Part shown: positions 1 to 12,248 of the stretch, piece by piece
Layout: the number at the start of each line of letters is the position of its first letter
Numbering within the stretch: position 1 is the first letter of the stretch
From: Vulcanimicrobiota bacterium
Lineage (GTDB): Bacteria; Vulcanimicrobiota; Vulcanimicrobiia; Vulcanimicrobiales; Vulcanimicrobiaceae
Assembly: GCA_963695225.1 (NCBI GenBank)
Contig: OY968762.1
Location: 2,400,001 to 2,464,000 of the forward strand
DNA length: 64,000 bases
Direction: 5' to 3'
Notes under the pieces: model-generated
Told to the model about the DNA's origin: nothing
Seen by the model: only the letters and a program-made list of their open reading frames with translations
Databases searched by the model: none
Position numbers and translations under genes: made by a program

Positions 1-236
1 CCGCCGTGCCGTTCCGCGAGGCGCTGGATGATCTCGTAGCCATGCATCGGGCCTTCGGCGAGCGTCTCGAGCAACAAGAACTTGATGTCGCCGCGTCGCG
101 CGCGCCATTCGTTCCCCCAGCCCGGCATCCCGGCGCCGCCGCCCCACTCCTCCCGGCCCCGGCCGCCCCAGCCGTGCCGTCCTCGTCTGCCCATGCAGCC
201 GTGCTCCCTTTCTCGTTCTTGGAACATGGTGAACAT
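1..236 (-). CDS. PadR-family transcriptional regulator (3' end beyond window edge)
   Basis: Not in the ORF track. Manual translation from ATG 236 (alternative 227) gives MFTMFQEREREHG...RARRGDIKFLLLETLAEGPMHGYEIIQRLAERHG, the PadR/YqjI-type LL..L...P.HGYEI motif. Confidence 0.88.
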   Translation of the reverse strand, partial: MFTMFQEREREHGCMGRRGRHGWGGRGREEWGGGAGMPGWGNEWRARRGDIKFLLLETLAEGPMHGYEIIQRLAERHG

Positions 237-284
237 TCTCACCGCTTCTTTCTCCTCCGGCTCGAAGCATATCGAGCTAGTCGA

Positions 285-314
285 GTTATATCGCGATATA
301 TCGCGATATGTCAA
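285..314 (-). promoter_or_regulatory. Sigma70-like promoter TTGACA-N18-TATAAC with a 22-bp perfect palindrome (288-309), probable PadR operator
   Basis: ATATCGCGATATATCGCGATAT is self-complementary and fills the -35/-10 spacer upstream of the PadR gene. Confidence 0.75.
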
Positions 315-375
315 GACATGGCGATGCCCGGGCTTCCCGCGGGCGGCGAAGGGACGGCCGCCGTCCGGCCGGTTC

Positions 376-2667
376 TCAGCGAAGCGCGTTCAAGCGGGTC
401 GCTAGGTATCGTGCGACGAGCTCGTGACCGGCCTCGGTCCAGTGCATGTTGTGCGGCTGATAGGGGCAGGGGGCTTCGGCGCTCAGAACGGGGCGTAGAT
501 CGATGTAGGCGATGCCGAGGGAATCTGCGATCTCGCGCGTCATCCGTTGCGGCAGCTCGGGATCGTAGCGGCCCGTATCCCTCAACAATCCCTGCGTTTC
601 GTAGCCGAGATCGCCCGAGCGGCAGACCTGAAGCGATGACGGGACCATCGCGATGACGACGCGCGCGCCGATGCGCCCGGCGATCTCGCGGATTTCCTGC
701 AGCCGCTTTCGCGTATCGACCCTCGATTCGGCGAGTCCGGCGCGCTGCCGGTCGAATGCGGCCAAGTCGCCGAACGCCGCCGCCACCGGGTCCGGCTTGC
801 GCGCCAAGCGCGCTTTGAGGACGTGTCCTTCGAGCTTGAACCATTCGCTGAGCTGCTGCATGGAGACGAGTGCTTGCCACCCGTATGGATCGGGGCGGCC
901 GAAGCCGACGTCCGTCCGAAACGCATCGTCGCTTTCGAGCACGTCCTGGTAGTCGTTGACGAAGAACTCCATCAGTATGACGTCGGGCCGGTAGCGCGGC
1001 GCATACGAGCGGACCGTGGCGGCGTACTGATTCGGGCCGTACCCGGTAATGGCAAAATTGAGAACCTGCACGGGTTTGCCGGTCTTCCGCGTCAGATCTT
1101 GCTCGAGGAGCCGCGGCCAGGTGCGGTCCGTATCGAGCCCCTCGGCGCTCGTGAATGCATCGCCCGTCGTCATGATTCGGAGCGTCCCCGGCGGCTTTTG
1201 CGCAGAGACGTCGGGGCCCGGAAAACCGAGCGCGTTCGCGGTGATCCGATAATCGTAGCTGCGCCAATGCAGACGGGTCGTGCGCGAGGGAATCAGTTTC
1301 CAACCCACGACCGGATCCGGTTGAAGCGACGGCCGCTCGCCCCAACCGTACACCTCGAAGTCGACCTTGCGCGCGATCGCCGCGTTGGCGGCGAACAGGA
1401 CGATCAAGAGGCAAGCCAGCGCCGCGCCCCAGGCGCCGAGCACGCCTCCGAGACCGCTGCGCGCGAAGAGCCGCGAGTTCGCAGCTTCGGCGCGGGCGAC
1501 GCCCCACTCCAAGACCACGGCTGCCAGCGCCGACAGCGCGAGTGCGGCGACGCTGCCGAGAGCGACCTTCCCTGCTCCGCCGGTGGCCGGGTGCTTGACG
1601 AGAAGCGAGACGAACGGCTGGTGGACGAGATAGATCGAGTACGAGTGGCGGCCGATCCAGGCGAGCGCGCGCGAGCCCGTGCCGGCGGAGGCTTGCGCGG
1701 ATGGAAGTGCCGCGAAGAAGATGACGAACGCGGCAGCGCCCATGAGGAACGGCGCGACGATCATCCCGGCGAGCGTGAACGAGAGCGCGAAGCCGAGCGC
1801 GAATGTCGCGACCGCCGCCGCTACGGCGAGCGGCGCGCGCAACCGTCTTTCCATCGCCGCGCGATCGCTCGCGTACCAGGCCGCAAGCGCCATGCCGAGA
1901 GCGAAGTCCGGAAGGCGCGTTACGAAGATCGCCCCGCGCGACCATTCGTCGATATAGCCCGCGAATGCGAACAAGCCGGCGGCGCGCGCGAGGAACCCGA
2001 ACGCCAGCGACGCGGCGAGGAAGCGTCCGGCTCCGAACCGGCTCATCCAACCCCAAAGGATCGGAAACACGGCGTAGAGCTGGAGCAGCAGTCCCATGAA
2101 CCACCAGGCCGGAACCAGATAGTACATGAGTGCGGGCGTCGCCCGGATTCCGAGTGCGCTCAAGTAGTAATTGGGGCTCGTCAACGTCAGGCCGACCGTG
2201 ACGAAAGCGAGCGGCAGAATCGCGATGTGCGCGCCCCACCAGAGCGGATAGATGCGCCGTGCCCGGCTGCGGAAGAATGCCCACGGATCGAGGGCCGCCG
2301 GTGCGTTACGGCGGAAGAGCCCGTACGCTAATCCGAAACCGCTCGCCACGAGAAAGACGGCGACTCCGTTGTCGCCGGTCCAACCCACGTAACGGAAGAC
2401 GTTGACGGGGATGCTGCGGATACCGCCGGGGAGCGGGTGCATCTGGGCGATCCGCTCCGCCAGGAGCGGCCAATCCGCGTTGGGATTGCCCGCGAACGGG
2501 TCGCCGAAAATCTGCTCGGAGAGATGGCTGAGCACGATCCAGATCATCGCGAGCGCCTTGACCAGATCGAGCCAAAGCAACGAGCCGCGCGACGAAGCGG
2601 CGCCCGTGCTGGTTCCCTGCGCCGGAAACTCCGGCGTCCTCTCTACCGTCGTCGCCACAAATAGCAC
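376..2667 (-). CDS. Acyltransferase-3 (OafA-like) membrane domain fused to an SGNH-hydrolase-like domain
   Basis: WLDLVKALA..H, GVAVFLVASGFGL, RARRIYP, WWFMGLLLQLY and GRHSYSIYLVH motifs. C-terminal domain has TANALGF, GDAFT, VLNFAITGYG, FFVND and HW. Confidence 0.85.
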   Translation of the reverse strand: MLFVATTVERTPEFPAQGTSTGAASSRGSLLWLDLVKALAMIWIVLSHLSEQIFGDPFAGNPNADWPLLAERIAQMHPLPGGIRSIPVNVFRYVGWTGDNGVAVFLVASGFGLAYGLFRRNAPAALDPWAFFRSRARRIYPLWWGAHIAILPLAFVTVGLTLTSPNYYLSALGIRATPALMYYLVPAWWFMGLLLQLYAVFPILWGWMSRFGAGRFLAASLAFGFLARAAGLFAFAGYIDEWSRGAIFVTRLPDFALGMALAAWYASDRAAMERRLRAPLAVAAAVATFALGFALSFTLAGMIVAPFLMGAAAFVIFFAALPSAQASAGTGSRALAWIGRHSYSIYLVHQPFVSLLVKHPATGGAGKVALGSVAALALSALAAVVLEWGVARAEAANSRLFARSGLGGVLGAWGAALACLLIVLFAANAAIARKVDFEVYGWGERPSLQPDPVVGWKLIPSRTTRLHWRSYDYRITANALGFPGPDVSAQKPPGTLRIMTTGDAFTSAEGLDTDRTWPRLLEQDLTRKTGKPVQVLNFAITGYGPNQYAATVRSYAPRYRPDVILMEFFVNDYQDVLESDDAFRTDVGFGRPDPYGWQALVSMQQLSEWFKLEGHVLKARLARKPDPVAAAFGDLAAFDRQRAGLAESRVDTRKRLQEIREIAGRIGARVVIAMVPSSLQVCRSGDLGYETQGLLRDTGRYDPELPQRMTREIADSLGIAYIDLRPVLSAEAPCPYQPHNMHWTEAGHELVARYLATRLNALR

Positions 2668-2766
2668 CTCAGTCTAAGGTTGGATTGTAACCGGGACGGC
2701 CGTAGCGCCACAGGGTCGTTCGGACCGCCGCCTGGAGCGCTTTCGAATCTGCGCACGATCGCCGAA

Positions 2767-4272
2767 TCAATGCACTCGGCGGGGTTCGGCGATCCTGGCA
2801 GCGGCCGGCGCAGGCTCTTGCGGCGCCGGGAGCCGGCCGCCGAGAGCGCCGCACGACGAGGCGCCCGCCAGCGCGACCGCGAGGAAGCCGCTCCAGACGA
2901 GCGCCTTCCGCGCGACCGCGTCCGGCGTCGTGGGGCGGTGGGAGGCCGCAACGTATTGCTGCCAATTCGCCGAGGCCGGAGCGTTCGGATCTTTCAAGGG
3001 CGACGGCACGCTGACGGCCTGCGCCGGCGGCGCGTGCGAGGCCAAGAAGGCGACGAGGATCGTGCCTGCGGCGGCTGTCGCGAGCCGGCGCGGCCATGGC
3101 CGCCCGAAGCGTCCGTCGAGGGCGAACGTGAGCAGGACCGCGAGCGAGAGAGCAGCGATCAGACGCCCGCCTCCAACCGCCTCCCAAGGGATCGCGATCA
3201 GGGCGACGCCGGCGAATGCGAGGGGCCGGTCGCTGGGACGGCACCGCGCTGCCAAGAACAAGGCCGCGGGGAGCGCGATCGGCATCTGGACGCCGTGGAT
3301 GAAGACGCCGCCGATGAGGACCGCGGCCGGCGGGAGCGTGACGATCAGTTCCGGGCTGCGCAGCGCCGCGGCCCAGGGGCGGGCCAGGACCAGCCCGAGG
3401 ACGAGCATCACGGCATAGGAGATGCTCCCGGCTCGGAGTGCGGCCTCGGCCGGGACGCCGAGTTCGTGGAGCACCCAGGTGAGGCTGAACTGGTCGTTCG
3501 CGAGAAGCTCCGAACGGGCATGGGCGGGCAGGACCGCTTGGAAATACTCCGCGGTTCCGGTGAGCCCGACCGCGGCGATGCTCGCGGCGCCGCAAGCGAG
3601 CCCAGCGAGGACGAGCGTGAGGCGGGTTTTCGGGGCGAAGAGGAAGAGCGCCAAGCAGGCGGCGAGGCCCACGTGCGGCTCGATCATCGTGACGGCCGCG
3701 GCGAGCGCGGCGCCCACGTAGCGCCGCCGCGCGAGCAGCAGCGCGGAAAGGCTCAGCGCCGCGATGCAGATCGGGGCCAGCTCGCCTGAAACGAGGTTGA
3801 AGAAGGCCGCATTCGGCGCGAGGGCGGCGGCGATCGGATACCAAGGAAGGCCTGTGGCCCGAGCGAGCGCCCAGGTAGCCACGACGATTGCCATCAGGGA
3901 GAGCGTGGTCCAGCAAAACGCCGCGGTGGAGAAATCGAACCAGCGGAACAGCGAGAAAAAGGCGAGCGCGTAGCCGGGGAGCGGGGCCGGCTCAACGATC
4001 CCGGGCGGGTATACGCCGCGGGGCGCCGCCTGCTCGCAGGCGAGGAGCGGCTGGAGCCGATACGGGTTCCCGCCGGCTGCGGCGATCTTCCCGCCGCAGT
4101 CGAACGCGAGAAACGCATCCTGGACGAGGACCCGGTCGACCGCTTTCGGAGCCGCCGCGTAGGCGATCCAAACGAACAGCGGAACTGCAACGAGGGCTGC
4201 TACAAGAACGAGCCGCTTCAAAATGCCTGTCCTGCCCCGGTACGTTGCACGCTCGCTCCCCAACGCCGGCAT
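2767..4272 (-). CDS. GT87/DUF2029-like multi-pass membrane glycosyltransferase (true start probably TTG near 4221)
   Basis: DAFLAFDCGG..GGNPY, APLPGY, GELAP and NDQFSL segments, many TM helices. Confidence 0.65.
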   Translation of the reverse strand: MPALGSERATYRGRTGILKRLVLVAALVAVPLFVWIAYAAAPKAVDRVLVQDAFLAFDCGGKIAAAGGNPYRLQPLLACEQAAPRGVYPPGIVEPAPLPGYALAFFSLFRWFDFSTAAFCWTTLSLMAIVVATWALARATGLPWYPIAAALAPNAAFFNLVSGELAPICIAALSLSALLLARRRYVGAALAAAVTMIEPHVGLAACLALFLFAPKTRLTLVLAGLACGAASIAAVGLTGTAEYFQAVLPAHARSELLANDQFSLTWVLHELGVPAEAALRAGSISYAVMLVLGLVLARPWAAALRSPELIVTLPPAAVLIGGVFIHGVQMPIALPAALFLAARCRPSDRPLAFAGVALIAIPWEAVGGGRLIAALSLAVLLTFALDGRFGRPWPRRLATAAAGTILVAFLASHAPPAQAVSVPSPLKDPNAPASANWQQYVAASHRPTTPDAVARKALVWSGFLAVALAGASSCGALGGRLPAPQEPAPAAARIAEPRRVH

Positions 4273-4315
4273 CGTGCGCTTCGTCCACCGCGAGCGCCTG
4301 CGACCGAACCGACGC

Positions 4316-4471
4316 AGGCTCCACGCCGGGAACGCGAACGCGGCGCCTTCTTGTAACGTGTCGAACTACGCTGGGAAGGAGCTGGCGGCGCCGGCTTTCA
4401 CTATCGCCAGCTAAGTGTAGTTGCCGCCGCCGGGGGCGTCCACATCCCTCGGGGCCCCTCGGCCGGGACTT
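4316..4471 (+). ncRNA. Candidate structured RNA with 6S-like rod and central bubble
   Basis: Nested helices 4325-4330/4458-4463, 4342-4350/4432-4440, 4364-4372/4414-4422 and 4380-4388/4404-4412. All wobble pairs are G-U on the + strand. Confidence 0.4.
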
Positions 4472-4483
4472 CGGGCTCAATCG

Positions 4484-4765
4484 TCATTCGAGCCAATCTC
4501 GCGGATCGTCGCGGCGCTCGGCGAGCACCTCGTAAAGCGTCTCGGGACGCAAGCGCGGCGTCACGCGCTCGGGGACCTCGAGGATGCGCACGGTGAGGAC
4601 CTTCCGTGCGTAGTGCAGGACGATCGTATCCCCGGGCTTGACGTCGTAGCCGGGCTTGAACGCCCGCCCGTCCTCGCGCAGGATCCGCCCCGCCTCGAGC
4701 GCGTCGTGCGCCTCGGTGCGGCGCTTCGCGAGGCGCGCGACTTTCAAGAACTTATCGAGCCGCAG
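4484..4765 (-). CDS. S4-domain RNA-binding protein (YabO/RqcP/Hsp15 family), probable CTG start
   Basis: (M)[18 protein letters not shown]...[16 protein letters not shown] lies 9 nt upstream of CTG 4765. Confidence 0.88.
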   Translation of the reverse strand: MRLDKFLKVARLAKRRTEAHDALEAGRILREDGRAFKPGYDVKPGDTIVLHYARKVLTVRILEVPERVTPRLRPETLYEVLAERRDDPRDWLE

Positions 4766-5162
4766 AGCGCTGCGCCTCCTTCGGAGTGACGCAGGTCCCG
4801 CGGGCGCGGACGACCACGACGGGTTCGGCGAGCACGTCGGCGGCGCTCGGGGAGACGTCCGGGCGCGCGGCGATCACTTTGCGCGCTTCGAACTCCATCG
4901 TCCGCGAGGTGGTCCCGGTCTTCGTGATCCAGCCTTCGGCTTCGATGAAGTCGCCCGCGTGCACCGGCGCTTTGAACTCGACGAGGTCGTAGGCGACGAA
5001 GAGACCTTCGTCGCCGTCGTGACGGATCAGCAGTTCGGTTGCGACGTCGCCGAAGAGGCCGAGGATCCGCGCGCCGTCGACGAGGTTCCCGCCGTAATGT
5101 GCGTCGTGCGCGCTCATGCGCAGGCGGACCGTCACGCGGCCTGCATCTTCGCGAGCAGCCAT
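4752..5162 (-). CDS. kal: 3-aminobutyryl-CoA ammonia-lyase (hotdog fold)
   Basis: [43 protein letters not shown] signature. ATG 5162 preceded by GAGGAG. Confidence 0.85.
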   Translation of the reverse strand: MAAREDAGRVTVRLRMSAHDAHYGGNLVDGARILGLFGDVATELLIRHDGDEGLFVAYDLVEFKAPVHAGDFIEAEGWITKTGTTSRTMEFEARKVIAARPDVSPSAADVLAEPVVVVRARGTCVTPKEAQRSAAR

Positions 5163-6316
5163 AGCTCCTCCAGTTCGTCGAGCGAAAGGTCGTTCAGCAC
5201 GCGCCCTTCGCTCTGCGCGCGGCGCTCCATGAACGTGAAGCGCCGGTAGAACTTCTCGTTCGCCTGCCGCAGCGCCGTTTCCGCATCCATGCCGAGGGCA
5301 CGTGCGACGTTGACGATCGAGAAGAGCACGTCGCCCATCTCCTCGCGGATATGCGCTTCGTCCCCCTCGCGCCGCGCCTGCTCCAGTTCTGCGAGCTCCT
5401 CGGCGAGCTTTGCCCGGACGCCGGCGACGTCGGGCCAATCGAAGCCGACGCGGGCCGCCTTGTCCTGCATCTTCTGCGCGCGCTGCAGCGCGCCGAGGCC
5501 TTTCGGAATCCCGTCGAGCTTGCTGGCGCGCGCCTTGGCCGCGGGCTCCTCCGCCTTGAGCGCTTCCCAATTCTGCCACACGTCCGCGATGCTCGAGACC
5601 GCTTGATCTCCGAAGACGTGCGGATGGCGGCGGATCATCTTGTTCGAGAGCGCGTCGACCACGTCGGCGATCGAGAACTTACCGCGTTCCGTCGCAAGCT
5701 GCGCGTGGAACACGATTTGCAGCAAGAGATCGCCGAGCTCTTCGCAGAGCTCGGCGTCGTTCCGGCTCTCGATCGCGTCGACGACTTCGTAGCTCTCTTC
5801 GATCAAGTACGGGACGAGGGAGCGATGCGTCTGCGCCCGGTCCCACGGGCACGAACGGCGCAAGCGCGCCATCACCTCGACGAGGTCGTCCCAGCTATGG
5901 TGCGAGGAAGCGGGGGGCAGAGGCACGAGCGGCATCGCGATCGAGGCCGCCAGCGTCGCGCGCGGCATGCCGGGGACGATTTCGCAGCGCCGGCCGATGC
6001 GTTCGAGCGCGCGCAGTAGGATCGGCAGCCCGGGGAAGTCCGAGAGCGGGTTCCCGAGGACGCCGAGCGCGAGGTCGCGCTCGTCGAGCCCGGCGACGAA
6101 CGCGTCGAGCGTCTCCGTCGACCCGCGAATGAAGAGGCTTTGGTCGATGATCCGGCCGCGAACCAGCTCGACGCCCTCGCTCTCGAGGAACAGGCACAGT
6201 TCCGGCGGCGCGAGCACGGTGACCGCACGCCCGACCGCCCGCAGCGATTCGAGGCTGCCCAGCGTGAGCAAATCGGGGTCGCCCGGCCCGAGCCCGACGA
6301 TGCGGATGAACGACAT
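5132..6316 (-). CDS. mazG: YabN-type MazG nucleoside-triphosphate pyrophosphohydrolase with N-terminal tetrapyrrole-methylase-like segment
   Basis: [55 protein letters not shown]. Confidence 0.93.
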   Translation of the reverse strand: MSFIRIVGLGPGDPDLLTLGSLESLRAVGRAVTVLAPPELCLFLESEGVELVRGRIIDQSLFIRGSTETLDAFVAGLDERDLALGVLGNPLSDFPGLPILLRALERIGRRCEIVPGMPRATLAASIAMPLVPLPPASSHHSWDDLVEVMARLRRSCPWDRAQTHRSLVPYLIEESYEVVDAIESRNDAELCEELGDLLLQIVFHAQLATERGKFSIADVVDALSNKMIRRHPHVFGDQAVSSIADVWQNWEALKAEEPAAKARASKLDGIPKGLGALQRAQKMQDKAARVGFDWPDVAGVRAKLAEELAELEQARREGDEAHIREEMGDVLFSIVNVARALGMDAETALRQANEKFYRRFTFMERRAQSEGRVLNDLSLDELEELWLLAKMQAA

Positions 6317-6348
6317 CCCCCGTCACTTCGCAGCGACGGGGGCGCGAC

Positions 6349-7278
6349 CTACTTTGCGGGCGAAGCCGCCGGTGCCGGCACCTGCGGGAACACGTCCTTG
6401 AAGCGGTCGTCGGCGACGTCGATCTTCGCCTTCGCGCGGAGCGTCTGCAGGAAGAGCGGGACCTGGAGCTGCTCTTGCTGCTGCGTCAGCAGCTCCTTGA
6501 TCTTGTCGTGCGAGCTCGCGAGCGTCGCCTTCTCGGCGGGCTTGTACTCGAGGAGCTGGATCACGTGGTACCCGAACGGCGACTTGACGGGGGCGCTGAC
6601 TTGATTCGGCTTCAAGGCGAACGCCGCCGTCTCGAAATCCTTCGTCATCTGCCCGCGGCCGAAGAAGCCGAGGTCGCCGCCTTTGTCCTTGCTGCCGGGG
6701 TCGACCGAGTATTGCTTGGCGAGGTCTTCGAACGTCGCGCCGCCCTTGAGCTTGCTTTCGACGAGTTCCGCCGTCTTGAGGTCGGCCACGAGGATGTGCC
6801 GGGCGTGGACCTGCTCGCCCTTGTCGAGCGAGGCGTGGTTCTGGTCGAAGTATTTCTTGATGTCGGCGTCCGTGACCGTGATGTCTTTCCCGACCGCGCG
6901 CTCGATGACGAGCTGCTGACGGATGATGTTCCGTACGTCCGTGTCGGTGAGCCCTTGCTGCTTGAGGACGCTGTCGAATTGCCCGGCAGGGAAGCGCGCC
7001 TTGATCTCGTCGAGCTTCTTCGAGATGTCGGCATCGGCGATTTGAACGTTGTTGTCCTTGGCGTACTGGTCGACGAGGACGCCCTGCACGAGCTGGTTGA
7101 GCACGGCCTTCGCTTGCGGGAGCGCCGCGAGCTTATCGTTGAACTCGGCGCGCGAGATCTTCTGGCCGTTGACGGTCGCGATGTCGCCGCCGGACGTACC
7201 CTGCGAGCACGCGGCGAGCGACAGACCGAGGGCGACCGCGGCGAAACCGGCGGCGAGACGGGAAGCGTACGACATCAT
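6349..7278 (-). CDS. prsA: PrsA-like foldase lipoprotein (parvulin PPIase)
   Basis: Lipobox LAAC. HARHILV, FEDLAKQYSVDPGSKDKGGDLGFF, KSPFGYHVI. Confidence 0.9.
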   Translation of the reverse strand: MMSYASRLAAGFAAVALGLSLAACSQGTSGGDIATVNGQKISRAEFNDKLAALPQAKAVLNQLVQGVLVDQYAKDNNVQIADADISKKLDEIKARFPAGQFDSVLKQQGLTDTDVRNIIRQQLVIERAVGKDITVTDADIKKYFDQNHASLDKGEQVHARHILVADLKTAELVESKLKGGATFEDLAKQYSVDPGSKDKGGDLGFFGRGQMTKDFETAAFALKPNQVSAPVKSPFGYHVIQLLEYKPAEKATLASSHDKIKELLTQQQEQLQVPLFLQTLRAKAKIDVADDRFKDVFPQVPAPAASPAK

Positions 7279-7361
7279 AACTCCACGGACATAGGAACGG
7301 GGCCTCTGCGGCCCCCACGAACCTCTCGACCTTCACACGCTGCGTCGCCCGACTCCTGCCG

Positions 7362-7919
7362 CTAGCGCGCGCAGTGCTGTTTGAGATCCTCGAGACGCCC
7401 GACGGGGATGACCTCGAAGCGCGAGGCGACGGGGATTTGAATGTTCTTTCCGGGTGTGAAGTAGTTGAAGGCACCGGCGGCGATGCCGATCCCCGGGATC
7501 GGGACGGCCGAGACCACGCTCGGAACGCCGGCGTTCGCGCCGTGTGATTCCGTCGCGCCGGTGCCGAGGCTCACGTCGAGCCGGGTTCCGTCGGCGAGCT
7601 TGAGATACCGCGCTTCGAGCACGAGCGCCCCCGTCTTGCCGTGGGCGCCGGCCGAAACCACTCCCGCGACGAGCCCGTAGCCCGGCCTCCCGGCCGGGAC
7701 TCGCGGCCCCTCGGGGAGCCAGACCGTGTCGAGCGTCCGAAAACGGAAGACGTCGCCGACCTTCGCCGTCGCGGAATCGATCGGCGTTTCCAACGCAACG
7801 CGCAGCGCAGGACAGGGCGGCAACGGCTCCGTTTCGGCCGCCGTCGCACGGCTTGGGGCGCACGCGAGCGCGAGCGCGCAGATACCGAACGCTACCGCCC
7901 AAGCAGTCACGAGACGCAT
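7362..7919 (-). CDS. Secreted hypothetical protein, TrbI/VirB10-core-like beta domain
   Basis: Signal peptide from ATG 7919. LETPIDSATAKVGDVF...G.VAGV..AGAHGKTGALVL pattern. Confidence 0.55.
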   Translation of the reverse strand: MRLVTAWAVAFGICALALACAPSRATAAETEPLPPCPALRVALETPIDSATAKVGDVFRFRTLDTVWLPEGPRVPAGRPGYGLVAGVVSAGAHGKTGALVLEARYLKLADGTRLDVSLGTGATESHGANAGVPSVVSAVPIPGIGIAAGAFNYFTPGKNIQIPVASRFEVIPVGRLEDLKQHCAR

Positions 7920-7963
7920 CACTGCAGAAACGAAACGGACGCGCGCTCCGTTCCGATACGCGC

Positions 7964-11524
<3,561 letters not shown>

Positions 11525-11598
11525 GACCTGGAAACGTGCCGCGCGGCCCCGCCGGGCACCTGCGCGCACGCAGGCCGCGAAAGACGGACTTGGCGAAA

Positions 11599-11638
11599 TT
11601 GGCACTCTATTGACAAGACTGCCAACGAAGTTTAGGAT
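11599..11638 (+). promoter_or_regulatory. CIRCE element (HrcA operator, 11599-11625) overlapping a TTGACA-N17-TAGGAT promoter
   Basis: TTGGCACTC-N9-GACTGCCAA versus consensus TTAGCACTC-N9-GAGTGCTAA, upstream of a small HSP. Confidence 0.85.
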
Positions 11639-11678
11639 GGTGGCGTATCCTATGCTTTTTGGAGGCTCTCACGCACAC

Positions 11679-12059
11679 ATGGCCACTCTGATGCTGCAAG
11701 GTCGTCCCGTCGCTCGCGCTACCTCGCCGTTTGCCGACCTGCTCGGCTTCGATCCGTTCCGCGGGATCGCCGGCGGCGGGTTCACGCGCTTCGCCGCGTA
11801 CGACGTGAACCGGACCGAGACGGGCTATACGGTCGAGCTCCCCGTGGCCGGCTTCTCGCCGGAGCAGGTCGACGTCACGCTCGAAGAGCGCGTCCTCTCG
11901 ATCGTCGGCAAGAACGAGCAGCGCTCGTTCACGCGTTCCCTCGTCATCCCCGACGACGTCAACGTGGACGGAATCGAAGCGAAGGTCGAAAACGGCCTCT
12001 TGACGCTGACGCTGCCTTTCCACCCGAAGGCGCAACCGAAGAAGATCGCCGTCAACTAA
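11679..12059 (+). CDS. Hsp20/alpha-crystallin small heat-shock protein
   Basis: YTVELPVAGFSPEQVDV...SFTRSLVIPDDVNVDGIEAKVENGLLTLTLP. Confidence 0.92.
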   Translation: MATLMLQGRPVARATSPFADLLGFDPFRGIAGGGFTRFAAYDVNRTETGYTVELPVAGFSPEQVDVTLEERVLSIVGKNEQRSFTRSLVIPDDVNVDGIEAKVENGLLTLTLPFHPKAQPKKIAVN

Positions 12060-12081
12060 GGCGCTCGGGCGAGCGTCCACG

Positions 12082-12113
12082 AGGGCACGTGCCGGCGGGC
12101 ACGTGCCCTTTTT
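12082..12113 (+). terminator. Rho-independent terminator of hsp20
   Basis: AGGGCACGTGCC-GGCG-GGCACGTGCCCT followed by a T-run. Confidence 0.85.
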
Positions 12114-12248
12114 CTCATGCGCGGGTGCCTGCCGCCAGGGCGAAAGTCCCGCGGGATTCACGGCCGGTCGCGCAGCAAGAGGGGCACAAGGACGTTTGAG
12201 ACGCTTCATTATGTGAGCGTCCGTGCGGCTATTCCGGAGGGCACGATC

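Noticed and set aside
6..656. 216-aa + strand ORF
   Set aside because: Antisense to the PadR gene and the acyltransferase 3' end, and it runs across the promoter.
4316..4471. SRP RNA, tmRNA or cobalamin riboswitch
   Set aside because: Lacks the SRP CAGG/GGAA/AGCAG motif, the tRNA-like ends and the B12 box. Kept only as a 6S-like candidate.
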